Positions 27,314-39,303 of a DNA stretch of 64,000 nt are shown in pieces. Within the stretch, counting starts at the first letter, position 1. Each line of letters starts with the position of its first letter. The notes beneath the pieces were generated by a model that saw nothing but the letters and a program-made list of their open reading frames with translations, was not told the origin of the DNA and did no database searches. Position numbers and translations under genes: made by a program. This DNA comes from Planctomycetota bacterium (lineage in GTDB: Bacteria > Planctomycetota > UBA1135 > UBA2386), in NCBI GenBank assembly GCA_046290465.1, contig JBKAGP010000001.1:2208001-2272000 (forward strand). The letters are read 5' to 3'.

Positions 27314-29338
27314 TCAGTTGGCGAACTCGAGGCTGTCGATGATCACCGAGCCTTGCGACCGGCCCGGCACGTTGAAGTAGGCGTAGACCCACCAGACATC
27401 CGTCGGATCGAAGTTGCTGAACGCGCTCAGCGGCACCCGGATCGTGGTCATCGCCGTCTTGGTGTAGTCACCCTGCGGGTAGGGGAACGGGTAGGTGATG
27501 AACGCGTCCGGGTAGGTGATGCTGCCGTAGTCGCTCAGCCGCACGTAGTTCGACCAGCCAGCGCCGCTGTAGAAGCGCAGCGAGAAGTCCTGGTCCTGCC
27601 CCGGCGTGTTCCAGGCGTCCAGGTAGTCCTGGGCGACGCGGATGCTGATGTAGCCGTAGTTGGACACGTCCCGCGCCTGGCCGACGAACGGCACCGTCGC
27701 GCTCGGGATGTTCCAGCCGACGCGGCCGGTGCTGTTCTGCCACTTGACCCGCATGCCGCGGGTGTCGTGCGGCGCCGACGGATCCATCAGGTAGAGCTCG
27801 TTCTCGGCGGCGACCGCGATGCCGGCGTTGGTCGTCACCTGCCCACCGCGGGTGTTGGTGTTGAGGCCGCCCTGCTCGAAGTTGTCGACCACGCGCTTGC
27901 CCGGCTTCTGGAACTGCGTCTGCGGGTAGACGTCCTCGAGGCGCACCGACGTCGGCGTGCCGCGGCCGTCGAAGTAGGCCTGGTAGTCCGAGTCGTTGAA
28001 CACGCGCCAGTGCAAGAACGCGTTGATGTAGCCCCTGGCGATGTCGCGGTGCGTCTCGCAGCCGATGGTGCCGCCCTCGGCCAGGTTGCAGCCGTCGAGG
28101 AAGCCGCGGTGCGTGGCGCCGTCGACGTAGACCAGGCTCTTGGTCACGTTGCTGGCCGGCAGCAGCAGGCCTTCGACCGACGACTCGGTGCCGGCGCGGT
28201 CGTAGATCGCGAACACCGTCTCCTCCGGACCGTTCAGCGGATCCTCGAGGCGGATGCCGCGAACGTCCGGGTCCCGCGAGCCGTAGAGTCCCAGGAACGA
28301 CGGCGCGATGTCGCCGGTGATGGTCTCCTTCGGATCGGCGATCGAGCCACCACCGTCGGTCGGCGCGATCGAGACGATCGCCTTGACGTCGTAGGAGATG
28401 TGGCCGAGCGACGGGTCGTCACGCAGCATGCGCGCCGCGGTGATCGCCGCCTCGCCGCCACGGCTGTGCCCCATGAACACGACGTCGTCGCTCAGCCGGT
28501 TGCTGTAGCCCCAGAACTGGTGCATCGCGTTGAGGTAGCTGATCGCCTGGCGCGCGCGGCCTTCGTTGGTGCCGCTCATGTGGCCACCGTTGGCGATGCT
28601 GCAGGTCACGAAGCCGTTCCGCGCCAGGTGCGCCATCAGGTAGTCGTGGTCCTGGTGGTCCATGCCGTTGCCGTGCATGAAGATCACGATCGGGCGGCCG
28701 TAGGGAGGGCCGTCGTTGCTGTTGCACGTCGACGACGGCCAGCGCACCCGACCGTTGACCGTCGGCACGCCGTCACCCGGATAGTTCCAGTTGAGCGTCT
28801 GCACGTAGTAGCACGGGTATTCGACCGACGTGACCGGGTCGACCGTCGGCGACTGGCCGGGGAAGTAGAGGTCGAGCCCGCGGCTGGTCTCGATGTTCAT
28901 CGCGCCGTCGAGCGTCGCGGCCTGCGCGTAGAGCGAACCCTGCGCCCAGCCGGGGATCGTGACCGGGAAGCTGACGTCGCCGTTGACGTCACAGATGCCG
29001 GCGGTCAGCGACACCGGGTTGGTCAAGACGGTGCAGCCGCTCGGCAGCGGGATCGCCGCCTGGTCGAAGCCGAGCGCCATCACCGCCAGTTGGAACGGGT
29101 CGCCGCCGGCCTCGAAGCTCAGCGCGTGGTCGCCGTTGGGCGCGATGCTGTCGGAGACCGACAGGGTCACGCCACAGTTGCTGCCGTAGCTCTCGACGAT
29201 CGCCGGGTCGGTCACCTGGGCGGTCGCGGTCGCGGCCAGGGCGGCTGCGCCGAAGACCGGGGCCAGGCGGTGCAAAGGATTGCTGCGCGACGAGTTGTGC
29301 CGGCAGCGGGAAGAGGGACGAAGCTTGCGAATGGTCAT
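27314..29338 (-). CDS. Secreted alpha/beta hydrolase (chlorophyllase/lipase-like) with the shared module at its N-terminus
   Basis: Signal ending ATA-Q; PIVIFMHGN, YLMAHLARNGF, GHSRGG nucleophile elbow, GSRDPDV, GATH. Confidence 0.85.
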   Translation of the reverse strand: MTIRKLRPSSRCRHNSSRSNPLHRLAPVFGAAALAATATAQVTDPAIVESYGSNCGVTLSVSDSIAPNGDHALSFEAGGDPFQLAVMALGFDQAAIPLPSGCTVLTNPVSLTAGICDVNGDVSFPVTIPGWAQGSLYAQAATLDGAMNIETSRGLDLYFPGQSPTVDPVTSVEYPCYYVQTLNWNYPGDGVPTVNGRVRWPSSTCNSNDGPPYGRPIVIFMHGNGMDHQDHDYLMAHLARNGFVTCSIANGGHMSGTNEGRARQAISYLNAMHQFWGYSNRLSDDVVFMGHSRGGEAAITAARMLRDDPSLGHISYDVKAIVSIAPTDGGGSIADPKETITGDIAPSFLGLYGSRDPDVRGIRLEDPLNGPEETVFAIYDRAGTESSVEGLLLPASNVTKSLVYVDGATHRGFLDGCNLAEGGTIGCETHRDIARGYINAFLHWRVFNDSDYQAYFDGRGTPTSVRLEDVYPQTQFQKPGKRVVDNFEQGGLNTNTRGGQVTTNAGIAVAAENELYLMDPSAPHDTRGMRVKWQNSTGRVGWNIPSATVPFVGQARDVSNYGYISIRVAQDYLDAWNTPGQDQDFSLRFYSGAGWSNYVRLSDYGSITYPDAFITYPFPYPQGDYTKTAMTTIRVPLSAFSNFDPTDVWWVYAYFNVPGRSQGSVIIDSLEFAN

Positions 29339-29521
29339 CTCGGTATCGATTTGGTGGTGGTTTCCTTGAACACCCCCACGAGCCCGAGGCCCGCGCCGAC
29401 CCGTGTACCCCCGCCGAGGTTTTTCGTCGCTCGCCGCCGCCCGCGCACGACCGGACACATCTGTCTGGTCGGCAGCAGGTTGCGCGCGCCGTTCGGCGGC
29501 TCGGCCGCTACTTCTGCGCCG

Positions 29522-29812
29522 GTGACGCACTACGTGAAGGAGAAGTTCGGCATCGCCGCCGAGATCCTGAGCCGGGACGGCAGCCAGCAGAACCGGCTGC
29601 TGCGCGCCCTGAAGGAGGTCATCCACTGCGCGGAGGGCGACTTTCCGACGCCGGAGCTGGCCGAACGCTGGCAGCGCATCCTCGACGAGGCGGCCCAGGC
29701 GGACAGCGAGATGGGTCGGGTGCCCAAGACGATCGCCGGCATGAGCCTGGCCGAACGCAGCGCGCTCGAACGCCAGCTGCTGGACCTCGCCGAGCGCATC
29801 GCGTCGGCCTGA
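29522..29812 (+). CDS. Small helical hypothetical protein (96 aa)
   Basis: GTG start, strong GC3 codon bias (MTHYVKEKFGIAAEIL...), fills an otherwise empty gap; appears only as the tail of a shadow ORF in the track. Confidence 0.65.
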   Translation: MTHYVKEKFGIAAEILSRDGSQQNRLLRALKEVIHCAEGDFPTPELAERWQRILDEAAQADSEMGRVPKTIAGMSLAERSALERQLLDLAERIASA

Positions 29813-29859
29813 CCGATACGCGCCGCCAGACGGGGTTCGCAGCGACCGCCCGCCCATCT

Positions 29860-30987
29860 ATGGTCTCGGCCGGAATGCGATTCGCCCAGCCCGCTCCCGA
29901 CGTATACACCGCCTCGACCTACCTCGGCCCGATCCGCTGGCTCGGGCTGCCGTTCGCGCTGGCGAGCCTGATGCCGCTGTCGGGGGCGCTCGGCCTCGTC
30001 GAGGTGCAGATGGAGGGCGGCGGCGAGGCGCCGACGCTGTTCCTGGTGCTGTTCGCCATGCCGTTCCTGGGCATCGGCCTCGGGCTGATGTTCTGGAAGC
30101 GCGAGATCACGGTCGACCGGCGCACCGGGGAGGTCCACAAGCTCGCCGGCCTGTTCGTGCCGTTCCAGCGCCGGGTGCGCAAGCTCGACTCGTTCGAAGC
30201 AGCGGTGCACGACAAGCGCGTCATCCGCGGACAGAAGTCGAACCGCACCGTCTATCCGGTGCTCCTCGAGACGCCGGGCGGCGGCGGCTTCGAACTGCTG
30301 CACTGCCGCAACAAGCGGCAGGCGCGCGCGGTCGCCGAGTGGCTGGCGCGGCACGGCGGCTACGCCGTCGTCGACCGCACCAGCGGCACCGACCAGCGCC
30401 GCGAGTTTGCCGACATCGACACGTCGCTGCGCGCGCGGCGCGAACGCGACGGCGAGCGGCCGGAGCCAGGAGCGCCGCCGGCGAAGATGCGCAGCCGGCT
30501 CGACGCGCGCGACGGCGCGATCACCATCGAGATCCCGGCGCACGGCATGCAGCCGCTGCTGGTGATCGGCATGCTGTTCGCGACCGCACCGATCTGGATG
30601 GCGATGCTGTTCTTGTCGATGGGCCACGACGACGGCTCGCCCGACGGCTGGTTCGTCGCGCTCGCCTACGCGATGCCGTCGGCGATCACGCTGGGGCTGT
30701 GGACGGTGCTCGTCTACCACGGCCTGCGACGGTTCACGGTGCGGGCGAGCAACGACGAACTGCGGGTGCAGCAGGCCGGGCTGCTGCGGCGTTCGACGGT
30801 GATACCCGCGGACGAGATCGAGGAGCTGCACGTCGACGAGGACGGCGGCGGCTTCGACGCGTTCCTCGGCGGCGGCCCGCCGATCACGATCACGTCCGAC
30901 CACGCCGAGGTGGCGTTCGGGCAGACGCTCAAGCAGAAGGAGTCGGCCTACCTCGCCGAGGTGCTGCGCTGTGCACTGTCGGCGTGA
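29860..30987 (+). CDS. Membrane protein with two TM-pair + soluble (bPH-like) units
   Basis: Two hydrophobic hairpins, each followed by a beta-rich segment (EITVD.., IPADEIEEL). Confidence 0.7.
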   Translation: MVSAGMRFAQPAPDVYTASTYLGPIRWLGLPFALASLMPLSGALGLVEVQMEGGGEAPTLFLVLFAMPFLGIGLGLMFWKREITVDRRTGEVHKLAGLFVPFQRRVRKLDSFEAAVHDKRVIRGQKSNRTVYPVLLETPGGGGFELLHCRNKRQARAVAEWLARHGGYAVVDRTSGTDQRREFADIDTSLRARRERDGERPEPGAPPAKMRSRLDARDGAITIEIPAHGMQPLLVIGMLFATAPIWMAMLFLSMGHDDGSPDGWFVALAYAMPSAITLGLWTVLVYHGLRRFTVRASNDELRVQQAGLLRRSTVIPADEIEELHVDEDGGGFDAFLGGGPPITITSDHAEVAFGQTLKQKESAYLAEVLRCALSA

Positions 30988-30997
30988 GCCGCGGCGG

Positions 30998-33489
<2,492 letters not shown>

Positions 33490-33493
<4 letters not shown>

Positions 33494-34224
33494 CGCGGCC
33501 TCCGTAGCAGGTCGACGCGGATCGGCTGTTCGAACCGGGCCCCGTCGGCGCCGACGTGTGCCGCGAACGCCGCCCGCGTGCGCGCCCACTGTTCGTCGTC
33601 GAGGCGGTGCTCGCTGTGCGTGGCGCGGATCACCGACCGCTCGAACGCGGCGAAGTCCGGGAAGTGCACGTCGGCGCGGAAGAACGTCTGCGAGACCAGC
33701 TCGAGCACGCCGCGCTGCAGCGCGCGATCGATCGCCAGGTGCGCCTCGCGCCGCACCTCCGCTTCGTCGTGGAAGATGCGCAGCACGTCGTTGTAGGCGT
33801 CGCGGTAGAGCGGCTCGGAGACGTAGGCGTGCCCGGACGGACGCAGCACGCGCGCGACCTCGTCGAGCGCCGCGTCCATGTCGGAGACCGGCACGTGGTG
33901 CAGCGACTTGAACAAGAACACGCAGTCGAACGTCGTGTCGGGCTCGGGGATGCGCTGCGCGCCGCCGAGGCCGAAGCGCACGCCGGGCAGGTCGTCGATC
34001 GCGAGGTTGGCGCGGTGCTGCACCTCGTCGACCTCGAGCGCGACGACCTCGCGCCCCGGCCCGCCGCGGGCGATCGCGCGGGTGTGCGCGGCGCGGCCGC
34101 AGCCGAGTTCGAGGATGCGGCGACCGTCGAGCTGCAGCAGTTCGCGCACGACCTGCTGTTCGTCGACGACGCGCTCGATGGGCCGCTGCAGCCCTTCGTC
34201 GCGCGCCGGCCGCACGACGCTCAC
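33490..34224 (-). CDS. Class I SAM-dependent methyltransferase
   Basis: ILELGCG, FDCV..KSLHHV, ARVLRPSG. Confidence 0.9.
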
Positions 34225-35201
34225 GGCGCCTCTGCGTCGTCGCCGTCGGTGCCGGTAAGCCGCAGGAACGTCTCCTCGAGGCTGTCGCCCTCGCGCATCG
34301 ACTTCGGCGGCAGGCCGAGATCGAGCAACTGGCGCAACACCGCCGCGGCGACCGCCTCGACCTCGAGGCCTTCGGGCAGCGCGAACTCGATGCGGTAGCG
34401 CTGCGGGCCGCGGGCGACGATCGCGCCGACGCCCACCACCGCCGCGAGCCTGGCCCGTTCGTCGTCGGTCAACGGCCGGCGCAGCTCGAGCTCGAGCATG
34501 TGGCCGCCGCGCGTCACCTCCTCGACGGTGCCGGCGGCGCGCACCCGCCCCTTGTCGAGGATCGCCACGTGGTCGCAGAGCTCCTGGATCTCGGTCAGGT
34601 TGTGCGAACTGATCAGCGTCGTGACGTTGCGCTCGCGCTGCATCGCGAGCACCAGGTCGCGGATCTGCCGCGCGTTCTGCGGGTCGAGGCCGCTGGTCGG
34701 CTCGTCGAGCAGGATCAGCTCCGGCTCGCCGAGGAACGCCTGCGCGATCCCCATGCGCTTGAGCATGCCGTGCGACAGCGCGTGGATGCCGCGGTTCTTG
34801 TATTCGGCGATGCCGACCTTCTCGAGCGCCTCCTCGACCTCGCGCGCGGCGGTCTGCTTGTCCTTGCCGTCGAGCAGGCGGAAGAACACCAGCTGCTCGA
34901 GGATCGGCACGTTCTTCTGGAACGCGGCGTCCTGCGGCAGGATCGTCATGCGTCCCTGCAGTTCGTCGATGCGCGACACCGACGTGCCGAGGATGTCGAT
35001 GGTGCCGGCGTCGGCGGACAGGAAGCCGGCCGCCAGCGAGAACAGGGTCGTCTTGCCGGCGCCGTTGGGGCCGAGCAGCCCGAAGATCGAACCGCGCGGC
35101 ACGTCGAACGAGACGCCGTCGAGCGCGATGTTGCCGTCGAAGCTCTTGCGCAGGTCGTCGACGCGCAGCGCCAAGCCCGTGATGGTCGTGTCGATGCTCA
35201 C
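34221..35201 (-). CDS. ABC transporter ATP-binding protein
   Basis: GPNGAGKTT, LSHGM signature, ILLDEPTSGLD, SSH. Confidence 0.95.
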   Translation of the reverse strand: MSIDTTITGLALRVDDLRKSFDGNIALDGVSFDVPRGSIFGLLGPNGAGKTTLFSLAAGFLSADAGTIDILGTSVSRIDELQGRMTILPQDAAFQKNVPILEQLVFFRLLDGKDKQTAAREVEEALEKVGIAEYKNRGIHALSHGMLKRMGIAQAFLGEPELILLDEPTSGLDPQNARQIRDLVLAMQRERNVTTLISSHNLTEIQELCDHVAILDKGRVRAAGTVEEVTRGGHMLELELRRPLTDDERARLAAVVGVGAIVARGPQRYRIEFALPEGLEVEAVAAAVLRQLLDLGLPPKSMREGDSLEETFLRLTGTDGDDAEAP

Positions 35202-36130
35202 AGGTCGCGCCTCACGAACTTGCGGTGGCCGAGCCAGAAGAACAGTGCCGCCTGCGCGACGCAGCCGGTCGCGGCCAGCGCCACCTGGGACGGTTCGTTG
35301 TGGAACAGCCGGGTCTGGAAGCCCCAGGGCAGCACGTAGTTGATGTACTGGGCCGGCTCGTAGGTGTTGCGCGCGATCATCGCGAGCAGCGGCACGCCGC
35401 CGATGATCAGCGACACGATCGTCAGCGAACCGAACGCCGAGCCGATCGACGCCGAGATCCACGAGCACAGGCCGACGTAGGGCAGCGTCGCGACCGCCAG
35501 GGCGAGCATGCTGTAGAGCGTCCAGCTGACCACGGCGCCGCCGTCGTAGAGCGGCAGCTTGAGCGCGAGGTAGCCCGAGATCGTGACCCCGAGCATCAGC
35601 AGCACCAGCGCGAACGTGATCAGCATGCCGAGCAGCCGGCCCACGAAGATGCTGGTTCGATCGGCGCGTAACAGCTGGTAGCGCAACTGCCGGGAGCTGA
35701 TGTCGCCGGCGTACAGGTCGAACGCGCCGAACGCGACGATCAGTGGCCAGCCGAACAGCAGGATCATGAAGATGGCCGACAGGATCGACGGCCGTTCTTC
35801 GAGCAGGTAGTCGGCCCAGGCGTCGGCCTCGTCGGCGTTGGCGCGGTCGACGTCCGGATCGCCGCTCTCGGGGGCCGACAGCAGCCACGCGACCGGTTGC
35901 CGCGCCTGGCGCATCAGCCGTTCGAGCACGTCGGCCCGGATCTCGTCGCGCGAAGCGTCGGGGTCGTGCTCCATGACCTGGTTGGTCATCATCTCGACCG
36001 GCGACAACATCGTGTGCGCGACGATCAGGCCGAACGTCAGCGACAGCAGCAGGAACACCAGACCGACGCCGCCGCGCACCGAGTAGCGGGCGCTGTAGCG
36101 GGCGATCAGCAGGGACTTGTTGACGTCCAA
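35198..36130 (-). CDS. ABC-2 type transporter permease
   Basis: Six TM helices, large extracytoplasmic loop, DISSRQLRYQL..DRTSIFVGR; coupled to the ATPase; TTG start. Confidence 0.85.
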   Translation of the reverse strand: MDVNKSLLIARYSARYSVRGGVGLVFLLLSLTFGLIVAHTMLSPVEMMTNQVMEHDPDASRDEIRADVLERLMRQARQPVAWLLSAPESGDPDVDRANADEADAWADYLLEERPSILSAIFMILLFGWPLIVAFGAFDLYAGDISSRQLRYQLLRADRTSIFVGRLLGMLITFALVLLMLGVTISGYLALKLPLYDGGAVVSWTLYSMLALAVATLPYVGLCSWISASIGSAFGSLTIVSLIIGGVPLLAMIARNTYEPAQYINYVLPWGFQTRLFHNEPSQVALAATGCVAQAALFFWLGHRKFVRRDL

Positions 36131-36182
36131 GGCGGCAGCCTCCGTCGGTTCGTGAGGGGTGCGGCGGGAGTCCGCGCCGGGA

Positions 36183-36641
36183 TCAGCGCGTCAGATCGTG
36201 CTTGAACGTCGTGTTGACGAGCACGAGCGTCAGGACCGGGTAGACCAGGCCGATGATCGTGCCGATGTTGAAGCCGCCGCCGGCTTCGGCCGACACGACC
36301 GCGCCCGTCACCAGCGACGAGACGATCGCGAGCAGGCCGTAGACCGAACCGAGCCCGCGGCCGAGCACCTTCTTCTGCTTGAGGTAGCCGACGCCCGACG
36401 CGATCAGCAGGAAGGCGTTGACGATCATCAGGGCGAGCATCGCGTAGAAGACGCCCATCCCGATCTCTTCCCAGGCGCGCGCCGCCTCACGCATCGATTC
36501 GTCTTCCGAACCTTCGCTGGCAGCCTGGATCAGGGCGAGCAGGGCGACCATGCCGAGCACGCCGATCGCGCTGAAACCACCGAACACGAAATTGATCACG
36601 GCCAACGCAGTCAGGCCACCGGGACGCTTACCTTCGCTCAT
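36183..36641 (-). CDS. Four-TM membrane protein
   Basis: KRPGGLTALAVINF N-terminus, four hydrophobic segments, AGAGG RBS. Confidence 0.8.
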   Translation of the reverse strand: MSEGKRPGGLTALAVINFVFGGFSAIGVLGMVALLALIQAASEGSEDESMREAARAWEEIGMGVFYAMLALMIVNAFLLIASGVGYLKQKKVLGRGLGSVYGLLAIVSSLVTGAVVSAEAGGGFNIGTIIGLVYPVLTLVLVNTTFKHDLTR

Positions 36642-36771
36642 TCCTCTGTCTTCCTTCGATCGAATGCCAATGTGAGCGCGCTATGCGAACGGGAACGGCG
36701 GGCCAACGCAAGCACGGCCATGCGGAGACGCTGGATCACCCGGCACGGACGGCCGGGAAACGGGCCCGGCC

Positions 36772-36840
36772 CAGGCCCGGCGGACACAGGCCCGGCGGAC
36801 ACAGGCCCGCCGGACACCGGCCCGCCGGACACGGGCTCGC
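36772..36840 (+). repeat. Intergenic 15-bp tandem repeat (CAGGCCCG(G/C)CGGACA x4+)
   Basis: caggcccggcggaca x2, caggcccgccggaca, ccggcccgccggaca, partial fifth copy. Confidence 0.85.
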
Positions 36841-36882
36841 GGGTCCTGCTCACGGTCGGAAGGCTCTAGTCCCGGAACAGAG

Positions 36883-37767
36883 CTATCCGACCAATTGGGT
36901 CGCCCAGGGGCGGGTGAGGAGGTCGGTGCGGATGTAGGCGACGTTGCGGGCCTTGGGGGAGTCGCGCAGCTGGTCGGGGGTGCAGGGGGTGACGCGCTTG
37001 TCGTCGTGGATCTCGAACAGGGTGAAGCCCTGGCTGCAGACGACGTCGAGGTGCTCGTCGAGGTCGATGCCGGCGCGCTTCAGGAACTTGGGGGAGACCT
37101 CGCTGGCGATCACGGCGCAGCGCTGCAGCACGTCGCCGGCGCCGACGAACGCCTGGTGCTCGGCGCCCTCGATGTCGATCTTGAGCAGCGAGATCGTGCG
37201 GCCCTCGAGCCCCTCGGACCGGTAGAGGTCGGCCAGCGTTCGCGCCTCGACCTCGACCCGCTCCGCCCCGTCGAACGGCACCAGCGAATGCTTGCCGCGG
37301 TTGCTCTTCTTCCACAGGTAGAGCTCGAGCGTGCCGGGCGCGTCGCTGACGGCGCAGAAGTGCGGCACGACCGAACCCGCGCCGTTCTGCTCGAGGTTGT
37401 GCAGCAGCTGGCGATGGTTGTCGGCCTCGGCCTCGATCGCGTGCACCGGCACGCCGTCGCCGCAGACCTTGTGCGCCAGCACGCTGTAGTAGCCGACGTT
37501 CGCGCCGACGTCGAAGATCACGTCCTGCGGCGCACTGCTCAGGTAGCGCAACAGGAAGTCGGTCACGCCCGGCTCGTAGTGGCCGGTCTTGTAGAGCCGT
37601 CGCGCCAGCATGTCCTCGGACCCGGCGCGCAGCGTCGCCGACAGCCACGGCAGGTCGGCGGTAAGGTCCGCACGCTTCCGCACGTAGGTGTGCAGGTTGT
37701 AGGCCAACGACCGCCACATGCGCTTGAGCCCGGCGTGCTCGCGCGGCGTGAACTTCGGGGACGTCAC
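36883..37767 (-). CDS. FkbM family methyltransferase
   Basis: YEP, IFDVGANVGYYS, AVSD, LLKIDIEGAE; start uncertain. Confidence 0.92.
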   Translation of the reverse strand: MTSPKFTPREHAGLKRMWRSLAYNLHTYVRKRADLTADLPWLSATLRAGSEDMLARRLYKTGHYEPGVTDFLLRYLSSAPQDVIFDVGANVGYYSVLAHKVCGDGVPVHAIEAEADNHRQLLHNLEQNGAGSVVPHFCAVSDAPGTLELYLWKKSNRGKHSLVPFDGAERVEVEARTLADLYRSEGLEGRTISLLKIDIEGAEHQAFVGAGDVLQRCAVIASEVSPKFLKRAGIDLDEHLDVVCSQGFTLFEIHDDKRVTPCTPDQLRDSPKARNVAYIRTDLLTRPWATQLVG

Positions 37768-37861
37768 CCAGGGGACCGTAGGGGCGACCGCCACGCCGGG
37801 CCAACGATTCCCGCGGCGCCGGCTTTGCGCGCGCCGGGCGATCGGCCAATCTGGGGCCGCG

Positions 37862-38494
37862 ATGTACCTGACCCGACACTTCGTCTTCGTGCACATCCCG
37901 AAGACCGGCGGCAACTTCGTGCGCGAGCTGCTGGAGCGCTACGCGCCCGCAGACTGGCAGGTGCAGCGCCTCGACGACCACCTCAAGCACGACAGCATCC
38001 CGGCCAGCCACCGCGACCTGCCGCGCCTGGCGATCGCGCGCAACCCGTTCGCGTGGCACGTGTCGTGGTACCACTTCCAGCGAAAGCACCCATCGGACTT
38101 CTTCCGGTGGATCAGCGCCGACGACACGCTCGACTTCCGCGCCACGATGCGCCGCGCCTACACCGGCGACGGCCCGCTCGCCAACAGCTCCGGCGCGCTG
38201 ACGCAGACGCTGATCGACATGCTCGGCCAGGGCCTCGAAGGCGCGAAGGTCGGCAAGATGGAGACCCTGCGCAAGGACCTGCTGCGCCTGTTCGGCGAAT
38301 GCGTCGAGGTCCCCGCCGAACTCGACCGGGCGATCCGCGACCTGCCGCCGCAGAACGCCAGCCGCCACGCCCACTACAGCACCTACTACGACGACGAGCT
38401 GCGCCGGATCGTGCGCGCCAAAGACGCGCCGGTGTTCGACTTCTTCGGCTACGAGTGGGAATCCGCCCCGCCGACGGCCGACGGCCCGGCTTGA
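37862..38494 (+). CDS. Sulfotransferase family 2 protein
   Basis: FVHIPKTGG (5'-PSB), RNPF..VSWY (3'-PB), YYDDE, FGY. Confidence 0.88.
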   Translation: MYLTRHFVFVHIPKTGGNFVRELLERYAPADWQVQRLDDHLKHDSIPASHRDLPRLAIARNPFAWHVSWYHFQRKHPSDFFRWISADDTLDFRATMRRAYTGDGPLANSSGALTQTLIDMLGQGLEGAKVGKMETLRKDLLRLFGECVEVPAELDRAIRDLPPQNASRHAHYSTYYDDELRRIVRAKDAPVFDFFGYEWESAPPTADGPA

Positions 38495-38577
38495 CCTCGG
38501 CTTGACCGGGGGCCGCGGAACTGTCGAAGAAGGCAGTTGCGTGGACCAGGGCCGGTGGCTTTACTGGTCGCGCCGCC

Positions 38578-38670
<93 letters not shown>

Positions 38671-38733
38671 GCTTTTCCCCTGAGGACCCTCCTCGCGGGG
38701 CGCTGGATCCGCCGCGGCGATGCCCGACGCATC

Positions 38734-39303
38734 ATGACGCGCGCCCCGACGTCGACGCTCCTCCTCGTTCTCGCCGCTGTCGGCGCCGGCTGCCAGGCAC
38801 CCGGCCCGAAGCTGACGATCGAGAACCCGGACCGCGAGCAGGTGTTCCTCGACGGACGGCGCATCCTGACCGGCCGCGAGCAGGCCGACGAGCGATCCGC
38901 GGACCGCCCGTCGCAGCAGACGGCGGAGCAGGACGCGAACGGCCAAACCCCGAATCGGCAGGATCCCGACCGCGACGTCGCGCTGCAGAGCGTCGCCGAA
39001 CTGCCGTTCCGCTACTACGGCGCGACCCGCTGGGACGTGCTGCCGAACGTGCGCCAGGACAACGGCGTGCCGGTGTTCGACGAAGGGCCGCAGAGCGTCG
39101 AGGTCGAACTGGCTCCGCCGGCGAGCCCGTGGCTGTTCCCGTTCGACTTCCCGATCGAGCTGATCGACCGTGCGCTGCACGGCCGGCGCGACGTCAAGGT
39201 CACCGTGTCGGCCAGGCCGAAGCCGATGATCCAGGGCGAGATCCCGCCGGAAGAGCTCGGCAGACTGAGCGCGCGCGCCCGCGCGGCGCGCAGCCAGCGA
39301 TGA
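38734..39303 (+). CDS. Hypothetical lipoprotein
   Basis: GAGC lipobox; PFRYYG and PWLFPFDF segments; ATGA overlap with murD. Confidence 0.75.
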   Translation: MTRAPTSTLLLVLAAVGAGCQAPGPKLTIENPDREQVFLDGRRILTGREQADERSADRPSQQTAEQDANGQTPNRQDPDRDVALQSVAELPFRYYGATRWDVLPNVRQDNGVPVFDEGPQSVEVELAPPASPWLFPFDFPIELIDRALHGRRDVKVTVSARPKPMIQGEIPPEELGRLSARARAARSQR

